A stretch of DNA of 64,000 nt from Gammaproteobacteria bacterium (lineage in GTDB: Bacteria > Pseudomonadota > Gammaproteobacteria > Eutrophobiales > Eutrophobiaceae), in NCBI GenBank assembly GCA_965222155.1, contig CBDCTH010000012.1, positions 2,624,001-2,688,000 of the forward strand, in the 5' to 3' direction. The notes below the pieces were generated by a model, which saw nothing but the letters and a program-made list of their open reading frames with translations, ran no database searches and was not told the DNA's origin. Positions 1-9,659 of the stretch are shown here, in pieces (within the stretch, counting starts at the first letter, position 1; each line of letters starts with the position of its first letter). The position numbers and the translations under genes are program-made.

Positions 1-1
1 T

Positions 2-565
2 TATCTAAACCTGCTCAAGCAATGGTGTTCACGGGAGTCGGTAAAGATATGGGCATACTGCCTGATGACTAACCACGTCCACCTGATTGTCAAACCGGAA
101 GAAGGGTCCAATCTCAGCCGGGCAATCGGGGAGACGCACCGGCGTTACACACGGATGATTAATTTTCGGGAACAATGGCGCGGCTATTTGTGGCAAGGTC
201 GGTTTGCCTCCTTTCCGATGGATGAACCGTGGTTGTTACAAGCAGTTGCGTATGTGGAATATAATCCGGTGGCGGCGGGCATGGTTACGCAGCCCTGGGA
301 TTATCCTTGGAGTAGCGTTCATGCCCATTTGGCCGGGAGGGACCCGCAAGGGATAGTCGAGGTGGTTCCTTTACTTGATTTAGTTGGGGGAGACTGGCAG
401 ACATACTTGAGTGCCTGCCAGGCGGGTAAGAACGGGAACTTTGCAGCCCATGAGCGCACGGGCAGACCCTTGGGGGATGAGGGATTTATTGGAAGGATTG
501 AGAGGGCGTTAGGCCGGCCGCTGAAAAAGAAAAAACCGGGGCCAAAAGCACGACAGGATAATTAA
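2..565 (+). CDS. REP-associated tyrosine transposase (RAYT, Y1/HUH), 5' end outside window
   Basis: Frame open from base 2: IWAYCLMTNHVHLIV (HUH), YLWQGRF, YVEYNPVAAGMV, YPWSS are RAYT/IS200-like motifs. Confidence 0.9.
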   Translation, partial: YLNLLKQWCSRESVKIWAYCLMTNHVHLIVKPEEGSNLSRAIGETHRRYTRMINFREQWRGYLWQGRFASFPMDEPWLLQAVAYVEYNPVAAGMVTQPWDYPWSSVHAHLAGRDPQGIVEVVPLLDLVGGDWQTYLSACQAGKNGNFAAHERTGRPLGDEGFIGRIERALGRPLKKKKPGPKARQDN

Positions 566-722
566 GTATTGTGTCCCCTTAATTGCCATGAGCGCACGGG
601 CAGACCCTTGGGGGATGAGGGATTTATTGGAAGGATTGAGAGGACGTTGGGCCGGTCGCTGAAAAAGAAAAAACCGGGGCCAAAACAACGACAGGATAAT
701 TAAGTATTGTGTCCCCTTAATT
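448..722 (+). repeat. Imperfect tandem duplication (~136 bp) of the RAYT 3' end plus TGTGTCCCCTTAATT terminus
   Basis: ccatgagcgcacgggcagacc...gtgtccccttaatt at ~448-583 and ~586-722 with a few substitutions. Confidence 0.9.
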
Positions 723-1279
723 GATATAGATGGGACACCGAGATGCCGGCCAGGCGTTCATATTCGGCCTGGCCGAACACCGCATAAGCCCGTTCACAGA
801 GCTTCTTCAGGGTCAAGCCGTTGGGCGTATTGTGGCGTTCGTCCATGGCCGCCAGCAGGCGCATATCCACCTTTGTATAGCGCCGGGTAAATCCCCGTAC
901 CGTGCGCTGCCGCGGCGTCAGCCGTCCGGTCTCCCGGTAGCGTTTAATCAACCGCTTCACCTGCGCCCGAGAGTAACTGCTTACCTTCATCAGGTACGAA
1001 ATGAGTACCCCCCGGTCCGCTTTGCCACAGCCTGAATAATCGAATTTGACCAAGGTACGCCGCACCCGGTCATAGCGCCCCTGCTTGTCGCCGGCGACCT
1101 CAAAGGCCACCCGCTGTGTCCCCGATAAAAAGCCACGCACCTGGTCAATCGTCGTTAAGTCGTTTGCATTCATGATCGTTTTCATCCTCCTATCATGAAC
1201 AGAAACGCAGACTGTTTCAGGCTCATTTCATATTGGAATCACGTCCCGCCTTCAGGCTCATTTCATATTGGAAAATACT
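723..1279 (-). mobile_element. Truncated IS (left end plus N-terminal ~155 codons of transposase), relative of the element at 26162-27563
   Basis: ORF 700-1185 closely matches N-terminus of 26256-27512; terminal/subterminal repeats CAGGCTCATTTCATATTGGAA(AATACT) at 1218-1279. Confidence 0.88.
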
Positions 1280-1799
1280 AGGGCTAGACAACCCCTTGAA
1301 GAATATTTATTATCTGAACTCCATTGCCGACATAAGAAATTACCTGGAGGTATGCCGGACAGCCCGGAAATAAAGGAATGACGACCGCAAACCAAAATCA
1401 GGAAAAATTCCAGAACCTTCTTCGCGAGTTGTTCCAGTTTGATTGCGCCGACCTGGATTTCGGTATCTACCGCATCATGAATCACAAACGGGATGTGATC
1501 GAAAAATTTATCTCTGTAGACCTTATTCAGGCTGTCAGCAAGGAACTTGACCAAGGTGTCCTGCACGATCAGGAACTGGCTGTCAGTGAGTTACAGGAAA
1601 CAGCCCAATTAATCAGAGAAACTCTGGGTAATAATGCCTTGGATGCTGCCGGCAGTCTGAATGAAATATACCGGAATAGTCCAATCGGAGATAAATTGCG
1701 TATTTCACTGAATCCTGCCACCCGTTTCACGTGAAGGCTGCCACCCGGAACGCAGCAAAGCTGCCACCCCCAGGCGCGTGATGACGTGGGTGTTGGTCA

Positions 1800-2618
1800 T
1801 TATGACTCTGTTGGGGTCATCGTCGTCAATGTTTTTTTCTGTTTTCGCATGGATTCACCCTTGAGTTGTATTTTGTAAGCATTGTGCACCAGGCGGTCAA
1901 GGATGGCATCGGCGAGGGTGGGGTCGCCGATGCTGTGATGCCATTTTTCGGCCGGTAATTGACTGGTAGCGAGGGTGGAGCGTGCGCCGTGGCGGTCTTC
2001 CAGGATTTCCAGCAGGTCACGGCGCTGCTCTGCGTTCAATTTGACCAGGCCCCAGTCATCGAGGATGAGGGCCTGGGTTTTTGCCAGGGTGGTGAGGAGC
2101 TTGGGATAGCGTCCATCGCCCTTGGCGATGGACAGGTCCTGGAGGAGTCTGGGCAGGCGCAGGTAGAGGGCGGTGTAGCCGTGCCGGCAGGCGTTGTGTG
2201 CCAGGGCACAGGCGAGCCAGGTTTTGCCGACGCCGGTGGGGCCGGTGATGAGGATATTGAGGTGTTCGCGGACCCACTGGCAGGTGGCCAGTGATTGCAT
2301 CAGGGATTTATCCAGTCCGCGCGGGTGGCGATAGTCGATATCCTCCAGGGTGGCATTGTGTTTGAGGCGGGCGCATCGCAGCCGGTTGGACAGGCGTCGG
2401 TTGTCCCGTTCGGTTATCTCCCGGTCGACGAGCAGGCCGAGGCGTTCCTCGAAGCTGAGGGTATCGATATCGGGCACGGACATCTGCTCGGTGAGGGCGG
2501 CAGCCATACCGGTGCATTTCAAGGTCTGGAGTTTGTCCAGGGTGGGATGTATCAACATAGCAGTCTCCTGTCGTGGGTCAGTGGTAGTAGGATGGGCCAC
2601 GGATATTGTCGTGGTCAT
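1800..2618 (-). CDS. istB: IS21 helper ATPase IstB (true start probably at MLIHPT, ~2558)
   Basis: GPTGVGKT Walker A, LILDDWG Walker [17 protein letters not shown]. Confidence 0.95.
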   Translation of the reverse strand: MTTTISVAHPTTTDPRQETAMLIHPTLDKLQTLKCTGMAAALTEQMSVPDIDTLSFEERLGLLVDREITERDNRRLSNRLRCARLKHNATLEDIDYRHPRGLDKSLMQSLATCQWVREHLNILITGPTGVGKTWLACALAHNACRHGYTALYLRLPRLLQDLSIAKGDGRYPKLLTTLAKTQALILDDWGLVKLNAEQRRDLLEILEDRHGARSTLATSQLPAEKWHHSIGDPTLADAILDRLVHNAYKIQLKGESMRKQKKTLTTMTPTES

Positions 2619-4119
2619 CAGGTAAGGCCGCCTCGGTCTGCTCGGCGAGGGGTTGCCGGTCCAGGCCGTGGCGGAGGATGGATTCGATACTTTTGTAACT
2701 GTGGCTGCCCAGGGTGAGGGCGCGTTGGCAGGCGGCCTCCAGCCGGTCGTCGCCGTAGGTTTTAGCCAGGCGCAGGATCCCTAAGCAACTGCGGTAGGCC
2801 TGCTGGGGGTGCTTGCGGGCAGACAGGACACGGAGGATAAGGGTTTCTGTGGCCGGCCCGACCTGCGCGGCCCAGCGGCCCAGGCGTTGCGGGGACCACT
2901 CGCCGGCCTGGCGGTGCGCCTCGGGCATGTGGGCCGGGACGGTGGTATGACGTGCCTTATGATACGAGCGTCGATGGCTGGCGATGCGCTGGCCGCGATG
3001 AAAGCATTCAATGGTGTTGGCGGTGATGCGCACGTCCAGTTGTTTTTTGATGAGCGCGTGGGGCACGGAGTAGTAATGGCCATGGACCTCGATGTGATAG
3101 TCGATATGGACCCGCGCCTGCTTCCACTCGGCGTATTCGTACGCTTCGACGGGCAGGGGGCGCAGGGCCGGTTTATCCAGTTGCTCAAACAGCGCGCGCC
3201 GGGTGCCCGGCAGTTTCTTGAAGGGCCGGTTGTTGAGCGTCTCCAGCAACGCCCGGATGGCGCGGTTCAACTCGGCCAGGGAGAAGCACTGACGCTGGCG
3301 CAGGGCGGCGAGGATCCAGCGCTCTACCACCTGTACCGCGACCTCGGCTTTCGCTTTGTCACGGGGACGACGCACCCGTGCCGGGACAATGGCGACCCCG
3401 TAATGGGTGGCCAGGTCCTGGTAGGTGGGGTTGATGTCCGGCTCATAGCGATGCGCCTTGCTGACCCCGGCGCGTAAATTATCCGGCACCACCACTTCAG
3501 GCACACCGCCCAGGTAGGTAAAACAGCGCACGTGGGCGCCGATCCAATCTTCCAGGCCCTGGCTCCAGGTGGCCTCGGCATAGGTGTAGTTCGACGCGCC
3601 CAGCGCTGCCACAAACACCTCTGCCTCACGGACTTCCCCGGTTGCCGGGTTGATGACCTGAGCACGCATACCGGCATAATCCACGAACAGCTTCTCACCG
3701 GCCCGGTGCTCCTGGCGCATGACCAGATCCAGCTTGCCACGCCACGTCCGATAATGCTGGCAGAACCAGGTGTACTGATAGCCTTGCGGGTGAGTCTGGC
3801 GATACTCATGCCATAACAACTGCAAGGTGACGCCCGGGCGTTTCAACTCCCGATGAATGTGTGACCAATCGGGCACGCCGCGGGCCGCGGCGGGTACAGC
3901 TGGGGCGGGCGGAAACAGCAGACGCTCCAGCGCCCCGTCATCCAGCGCCGCAGGCAGCGGCCAACCCAGCCCGGCCGCCTCGGCCCGGCGCAGGTACTCA
4001 TCCACCGCCGGACGGGAAATGCCACAACTCCTGGCTGTCTGGCGTTTGCTCAGGCCCTGGCTCCAGCACAGGCGTAATACGTCTTTTATCTTTCTCATGG
4101 ACAACCTCTTTGCAGGCAT
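2578..4119 (-). CDS. istA: IS21 transposase IstA
   Basis: N-terminal [26 protein letters not shown] motifs, C-term [11 protein letters not shown]. Confidence 0.95.
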   Translation of the reverse strand: MPAKRLSMRKIKDVLRLCWSQGLSKRQTARSCGISRPAVDEYLRRAEAAGLGWPLPAALDDGALERLLFPPAPAVPAAARGVPDWSHIHRELKRPGVTLQLLWHEYRQTHPQGYQYTWFCQHYRTWRGKLDLVMRQEHRAGEKLFVDYAGMRAQVINPATGEVREAEVFVAALGASNYTYAEATWSQGLEDWIGAHVRCFTYLGGVPEVVVPDNLRAGVSKAHRYEPDINPTYQDLATHYGVAIVPARVRRPRDKAKAEVAVQVVERWILAALRQRQCFSLAELNRAIRALLETLNNRPFKKLPGTRRALFEQLDKPALRPLPVEAYEYAEWKQARVHIDYHIEVHGHYYSVPHALIKKQLDVRITANTIECFHRGQRIASHRRSYHKARHTTVPAHMPEAHRQAGEWSPQRLGRWAAQVGPATETLILRVLSARKHPQQAYRSCLGILRLAKTYGDDRLEAACQRALTLGSHSYKSIESILRHGLDRQPLAEQTEAALPDDHDNIRGPSYYH

Positions 4120-7100
4120 CTGTGTCTCCTCCTTTCAGTAGAAATAAGGACACAGGATACCCTTGGTTATCCACGTCAAACGCGCCGGTTATCTACCTCC
4201 TTGGGGGTGGCAGCTTTGCCGTGTAATGGGTGGCAGCTTTGCTGTGAAATACGCAATAAATACGAGAAACTACAAAGACGGTCTCGCGGCGCACGCAGCC
4301 GGGCAGCTCAGGAAGCAGATATATTCAACCACCTGTTCGCTTTCTTCAGTCGCTATTACCAGGAAGGTGATTTTATCTCGAAACGCCGCTACTCCAAGCA
4401 ACAACGTTATGCCATTCCTTACAACGGAGAAGAGGTGTATTTGCACTGGGCAAACGCAGACCAGTACTACATCAAGACTGCCGAGCACTTTCACGACTAT
4501 TCCTATAGCGCGCATGGCGCCACCATACATTTCAAACTCAGTAACGCCGATGTTGAGCAAAACAATGTTAAAGGTGATCGGCGGTTCTTTCTACCTTGTA
4601 TTCATGGAATTACTCCAGACGAAAATACCAAAGAACTTACTATCCCATTTGAATATCGGCCGTTGGATGAACAGGAAGAAGCTCATTATGGCAGAGCTAA
4701 TCAACAGGATACCATTATCGCCGGGTTCGTTACGGAAATACAGGGACGTTCGGGCCTATCGAATGAAATCCTGCTTGCGCTGACTACTGAACGCCATCGC
4801 AATGTGGACAACAAACCGGTCACGTTTCTGGAACACCATCTGAGGCAATACACTCGCCGAAATACCTCCGATTTTTTTATTCATAAAAACCTGAAAGCAT
4901 TTTTATCCCAGGAGTTAGACTTCTACATCAAAAGCGAAGTGTTGAACCTGGATGACTTGGAGATTGCCGGCGAGGGGTTCGCCGAAGGCTGGTTTCAGGT
5001 TATCCGGGTTATCAGGACGATAGGTAGTCATATCATTGACTTTCTCGATCAGATCGAGGGATTTCAAAAGATGCTATGGGAGAAGCGCAAATTCATTACC
5101 GAGACACAGTATTGCATCACTATCGGCACTATTGATGAACGCTTTTATCCTGCCATTACCGACTGTGAACCGCAATGGGAGGAATGGAAAGTCCTGTTCC
5201 ATATTGACGAGAATAAGACCGACCTTTTCAATTCCGGCGAAAACACGAAGGACAGACGCATAATCTTTATGAAAGATCATCCAACCCTGGTTCTGGATAC
5301 CAAGCACATCGATGAGGACTTCAAGGATGAACTGCTCTCATCTATCGAAGACATTGATGAGCTATGTGACGGGTTGTTGATTCAGTCGGAGAATTTTCAG
5401 GCTTTGGGCTTCATACAAGAGCAGTACAGGGAGAAAGTGAAGTGTATGTATATAGATCCGCCATATAATACGGACGCATCTACGATCCTGTACAAAAATG
5501 ACTATAAGGATTCGTCCTGGCTTTCCCTGATGGACAACCGCTTGTCTCTTTCAAGAGATCTGCTGTCAAAAGACGGCATCTTGTGTTGCGCAATTGATGA
5601 TGAAGAAATGTCGCTAATACGACTGGTCATGCAAACGATGTTTGAAAAAGAATTAGGCATCGTTCCTGTACGTTCTAATCCCGCCGGACGTAAATCAAGC
5701 GGACAGTTTTCTCCCGCCCATGAGTATGCACTTTTTTACGGCAATGCCGATGCTATTCCTGGAACCCTGCCTAAAACGGAAAGTGAGCTTGCGCGTTTCC
5801 CGCTTCAAGATAATCGGGGTAGATATGCCTGGGCAAACTTGATACGAAGTGGTTCGAACGATAGGAGAGAAGACAGACCAAAGATGTTCTACCCAATTTA
5901 CGTCACAAAGAATAACACAATTCGCATTCCCGAAATAAAATGGAACGAGGATAAACGAGAGTACAGTGTTCTGGAACAACCTGGGGAGGATGAAACCGTA
6001 GCGTGGCCGATCAAGATACAGAATGGAACAAGTGTTGAGAAAAATTGGCATCGTGGCTGGAAATTGGTCAAGAGTGATTTGTCTGAATACAGAATTCGTC
6101 GTGATGAAGGAGGTACTGTCAGCATTGACTTCAAAACACGCATGGATACTGATTCAATGCCCAGGACTTGGTGGGATGACAAGAGATATGCTTCAGCAAA
6201 TCTAGGGCCAAAGGCGCTTAAGGATCTTTTTAGCAACAAAGACTTCGACTTTGCAAAAGCGACTGGCTTAGTTGAAGATTGTTTACGCTCTTCACTTTGC
6301 GAATTAAACTCAACAGTTCTCGACTATTTCGCGGGCTCCGGTACTACCGGCCACGCAGTCATCAATCTTAATCGCAAAGACGGCGGTAAGCGAAAATTTA
6401 TCTTAGTTGAAATGGGACAGTATTTCGATACAGTTCTGTTGCCGCGTATGAAGAAGGTAACATTTTCCCCTGAATGGAAAGACGGAAAACCGAAGCATAT
6501 GACCACCAGGGAGGAGGCTAAGCGTAGCCCGCGTATCATCAAGTGCCTGCGCCTGGAAAGCTACGAAGATTCGTTGAATAACATCGGTTTTGATGACTCG
6601 GCGGGACAACAGGCCATGAAATTCGACGACTACCTGCTCAACTACATGCTCCAATGGGAAACCAGGAATAGTTCAACACTTCTGAATATTGAGAAACTGG
6701 CCCGACCCTTTGATTACAAGCTACGAATCCGAATCAATGGCGAGACTAATGAAAAGGTAGTGGATATTCCAGAAACCTTCAACTATCTGCTTGGACTACA
6801 GTTACAGACGCGTCGTATCTATAACGATGAGGAAAGACGCTATCTAGTCTATCGCGGACTGATTGACCAGCGACAGGTTGTCGTCATTTGGCGGGAAACC
6901 AAGAGTTGGCAGAAAGAAGAACTGGAACGGGACAAACAGTTCATCTCTGAATTGAAAATAACCGAAGACGCAGATGAAGTTTTCGTCAATGGCGATTCTT
7001 TCATCCCGAACGCCAAATCCCTGGATCCGATCTTCAAAACCCGTATATTTGCGCCGATGTCGGTATAAAAGTTAAATCCAGGAAACTGGAGGACAAACCT

Positions 7101-7130
7101 GGAATTTCAGGAAAGTTAGGAGTAAACAGG

Positions 7131-9155
7131 ATGACAGTAATAGTTACTAAATTGACCTCCGCCGATCTTGATGCGGTTGATGAACTAATGAAGCGTCATA
7201 GCAGGACGCTAGGCTTTCTGCCCAAAGAAGCCCTTCGTAATTATCTCGAAAAAGAAAATACGATAGGCGCAAAAACTAATGATGGCAAACTGATTGGTTA
7301 TCTTCTCCAAGCGGCTAATCCAAACCACTTCCGTATTACTCAACTTTGCGTGGCGGAAGATTTCAATGGACAAGGTATCGCAAGACGGCTTATTACTGAA
7401 CTAAAAAATTCTGCCACATCACAGAAGGTCATTAAACTTCGTTGTCGTAATGATTTTCCTGCCCACCAAATGTGGCCCAGATTAGGATTCTCTGCTATAG
7501 ATGAACTGCCCAGTCGCTCCAAGGATAAGCTCCCTTTGACACTCTGGTGCCTTACTCTCGCCCCGGATGATCAGCTTGGACTTTTTCAGGTAAAAACATC
7601 AGATGAATCCCTTGACGTGGTTATTGACGCGCAAATATTTTTCGATTTTGATGAAGCAGACAGTGATAAATCAGGACCGTCGAAGGCTCTGCTCTCAGAC
7701 TTTTTGGTAGACGATCTTAGACTCTTAATCACCGATGATCTTTTCAATGAAATTGCTCGGGAGAAAGATACCAGGCAGCGTGAAAAATCCCGAAACAAAG
7801 CACATGAATTTCCGAAAATAGAGTACGACTCTAAATTAGCAGAACATTTTGAAGGGGTTATAAAGACATTTCTTCCAAGCGATAGTCGAAGCCGCCAATC
7901 CGATATAAGACAATTAGCAAAGACCTCTGCTTCCGAAGTGAATATTTTTGTTACCCAAGACCAAATGCTCTTGAAAAACTCAGTGGAAATTGCAGCGCGA
8001 GTATCTGTCCAAGTGGTATCCCCGATAGAGTTGATTATTGGATTACACGAACTTTCCGAAAAACAATCCTATGCGCCAACGCGTATTGCCGGCTTTGATC
8101 TTCACTGGCGGCGATTATCTTCTGAGGAAGTTGCTCGCTTCCCATATAATTCTTTTCTTAGTCAGGGTGAAAGGCAAGGTGTTTTCAGGGAAAGATTGGG
8201 TGCATTACTTGTCCGTCCATATCATAACGAAGCTGAATATCTTCAATCAAAGGATGATACTGCCGCTATCCGGGTTCTCACAAAAGAAACCAATAAGACA
8301 CTCACTATATCTCTGATGAGAGTGGCGAAATTTGTAGATGACCGACCCCTACTTGGACGCTTTGTTATCGCGGACACTATTGCCAAGGCTGTTGAACAAA
8401 ACCTAGACATGGTAAAGATCGATATAACTGACCTAACGCCTGATTTAGAGCCGGATCTTTTGGAGATGGGCTTTATAAAAGGTAACGACAGTTACATGAG
8501 ATTTTGCTTTTCCCGTTGTCTTACTCGCACAGAGGTATTAGCCAAGATTCACGAACTAATACCTGGACTCGTAAACAATTATCAAAATATGTCAGAGCTA
8601 GGGCTTCAAAGATGTTGTTCCCCCCTTAATCTGAAAGATGCCGTTCAAAACTACTTTTTAATTCCGATTCGTCCTGGCTATGCAAAGAGCCTAATTGATA
8701 GACAGCAAGCAGCTATTGATATGTTTGTGCAGAATCCCGGAGTATTACTGCGGTGGGATAACGTATATTACAGGGCAAAAACCCACCATCACATACTCAA
8801 GTCCCCAGGCCGAATTTTATGGTATGAAAGCGGAGATGAGGCTAGACAAATCGTGGCCATATCCTGTCTTGACGTCGTTGAGATAGGCACTGCCAAAGCA
8901 CTTTTCAAGAAATTTAAAAAATTTGGAATCTTAGAGTGGAAAGACATATTTGATATGTGTGATGGGGACCCCTCCAAAGAGATCATGGCGTTGAGATTTT
9001 CGCATACATTCCAATTTAGAAAGCTTGTATCACTGGATGCGTTGCGAAAGGTCTTTGATGAACATGGAGCTAACTTGGTATTGCAATCTCCATCCAAGAT
9101 ACCAACTGAAATTTTTTGTAAACTATTTCAACTGGGATATCCGGACCAATTATGA
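7131..9155 (+). CDS. Multidomain GNAT acetyltransferase - PIN - degenerate GNAT - PUA/ASCH/EVE-like protein
   Basis: LCVAEDFNGQGIARRL (GNAT motif A); VVIDAQIF..NEI..SDIRQL..FVTQD (PIN acidic residues); C-term LIPIRPGYA..NVYY..ILWYES..LQSP PUA-like pattern. Confidence 0.75.
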   Translation: MTVIVTKLTSADLDAVDELMKRHSRTLGFLPKEALRNYLEKENTIGAKTNDGKLIGYLLQAANPNHFRITQLCVAEDFNGQGIARRLITELKNSATSQKVIKLRCRNDFPAHQMWPRLGFSAIDELPSRSKDKLPLTLWCLTLAPDDQLGLFQVKTSDESLDVVIDAQIFFDFDEADSDKSGPSKALLSDFLVDDLRLLITDDLFNEIAREKDTRQREKSRNKAHEFPKIEYDSKLAEHFEGVIKTFLPSDSRSRQSDIRQLAKTSASEVNIFVTQDQMLLKNSVEIAARVSVQVVSPIELIIGLHELSEKQSYAPTRIAGFDLHWRRLSSEEVARFPYNSFLSQGERQGVFRERLGALLVRPYHNEAEYLQSKDDTAAIRVLTKETNKTLTISLMRVAKFVDDRPLLGRFVIADTIAKAVEQNLDMVKIDITDLTPDLEPDLLEMGFIKGNDSYMRFCFSRCLTRTEVLAKIHELIPGLVNNYQNMSELGLQRCCSPLNLKDAVQNYFLIPIRPGYAKSLIDRQQAAIDMFVQNPGVLLRWDNVYYRAKTHHHILKSPGRILWYESGDEARQIVAISCLDVVEIGTAKALFKKFKKFGILEWKDIFDMCDGDPSKEIMALRFSHTFQFRKLVSLDALRKVFDEHGANLVLQSPSKIPTEIFCKLFQLGYPDQL

Positions 9156-9640
9156 ACGTGACCACTCCGCTGCTTATTTCCTTGAAGCCCCACTATGCTG
9201 ACTTGGTTTTCGAAGGTTTAAAACAGGCAGAGCTACGTCGCCGCATAACACCTTTCATAGAAAATCGCGATGTATATATCTATGTTTCCAGCCCAGTTCA
9301 GCACCTGCGCGGAGGCTTTCGCGTGGGACATGTGTGGAGAGGATCACCGGATGAAATTTGGAACGAGGTATCAGAACTTGCAAGCATCGATAAGCGGGAT
9401 TTTGATGCCTACTACGCAGGAAGAACTATAGCTTATGCTTTGAAAATCACGGATGTTTGGGAGTACGTGTACCCTATCGACCTGACCACTTTGAGAAAAC
9501 GCTTTCCTCGTTTTGTAGTCCCACAATCCTGGCGTTATGTGAGGCCTGAAGAACATCGGTCTTTTCGCAGGATGAAACGTAAAAATGATGAAATTCAGCC
9601 TGCTTTGGTTTTGAAAACCACCTCACGTTCAAAAGTGTGA
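9152..9640 (+). CDS. ASCH-domain protein
   Basis: LISLKPHYADLVFEGLKQAELRR (GxKxxExR), YIYVSSP, PQSWRY; ATGA overlap with upstream gene. Confidence 0.88.
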   Translation: MNVTTPLLISLKPHYADLVFEGLKQAELRRRITPFIENRDVYIYVSSPVQHLRGGFRVGHVWRGSPDEIWNEVSELASIDKRDFDAYYAGRTIAYALKITDVWEYVYPIDLTTLRKRFPRFVVPQSWRYVRPEEHRSFRRMKRKNDEIQPALVLKTTSRSKV

Positions 9641-9659
9641 CTGAACAATTATTATAAGG

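Larger units (their letters stand above)
1697..4255 (-). mobile_element. Complete IS21-family element
   Basis: TG...CA ends (TGCGTATTTCAC / GTGAAATACGCA), repeated (G)CTGCCACCC subterminal boxes, 6-bp TSD ATAAAT at 1691-1696 and 4256-4261, istA-istB. Confidence 0.95.
1378..7068 (+). pseudogene. mod: Type III RM adenine methyltransferase (Mod), interrupted by IS21 at 1697-4255
   Basis: N-term FQNLLRELFQFDCADLDFGIYRIMN; YIDPPYN before DYFAGSGTT (beta order); removing the IS and one TSD gives in-frame SPIGDK|YEKLQ. Confidence 0.9.
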
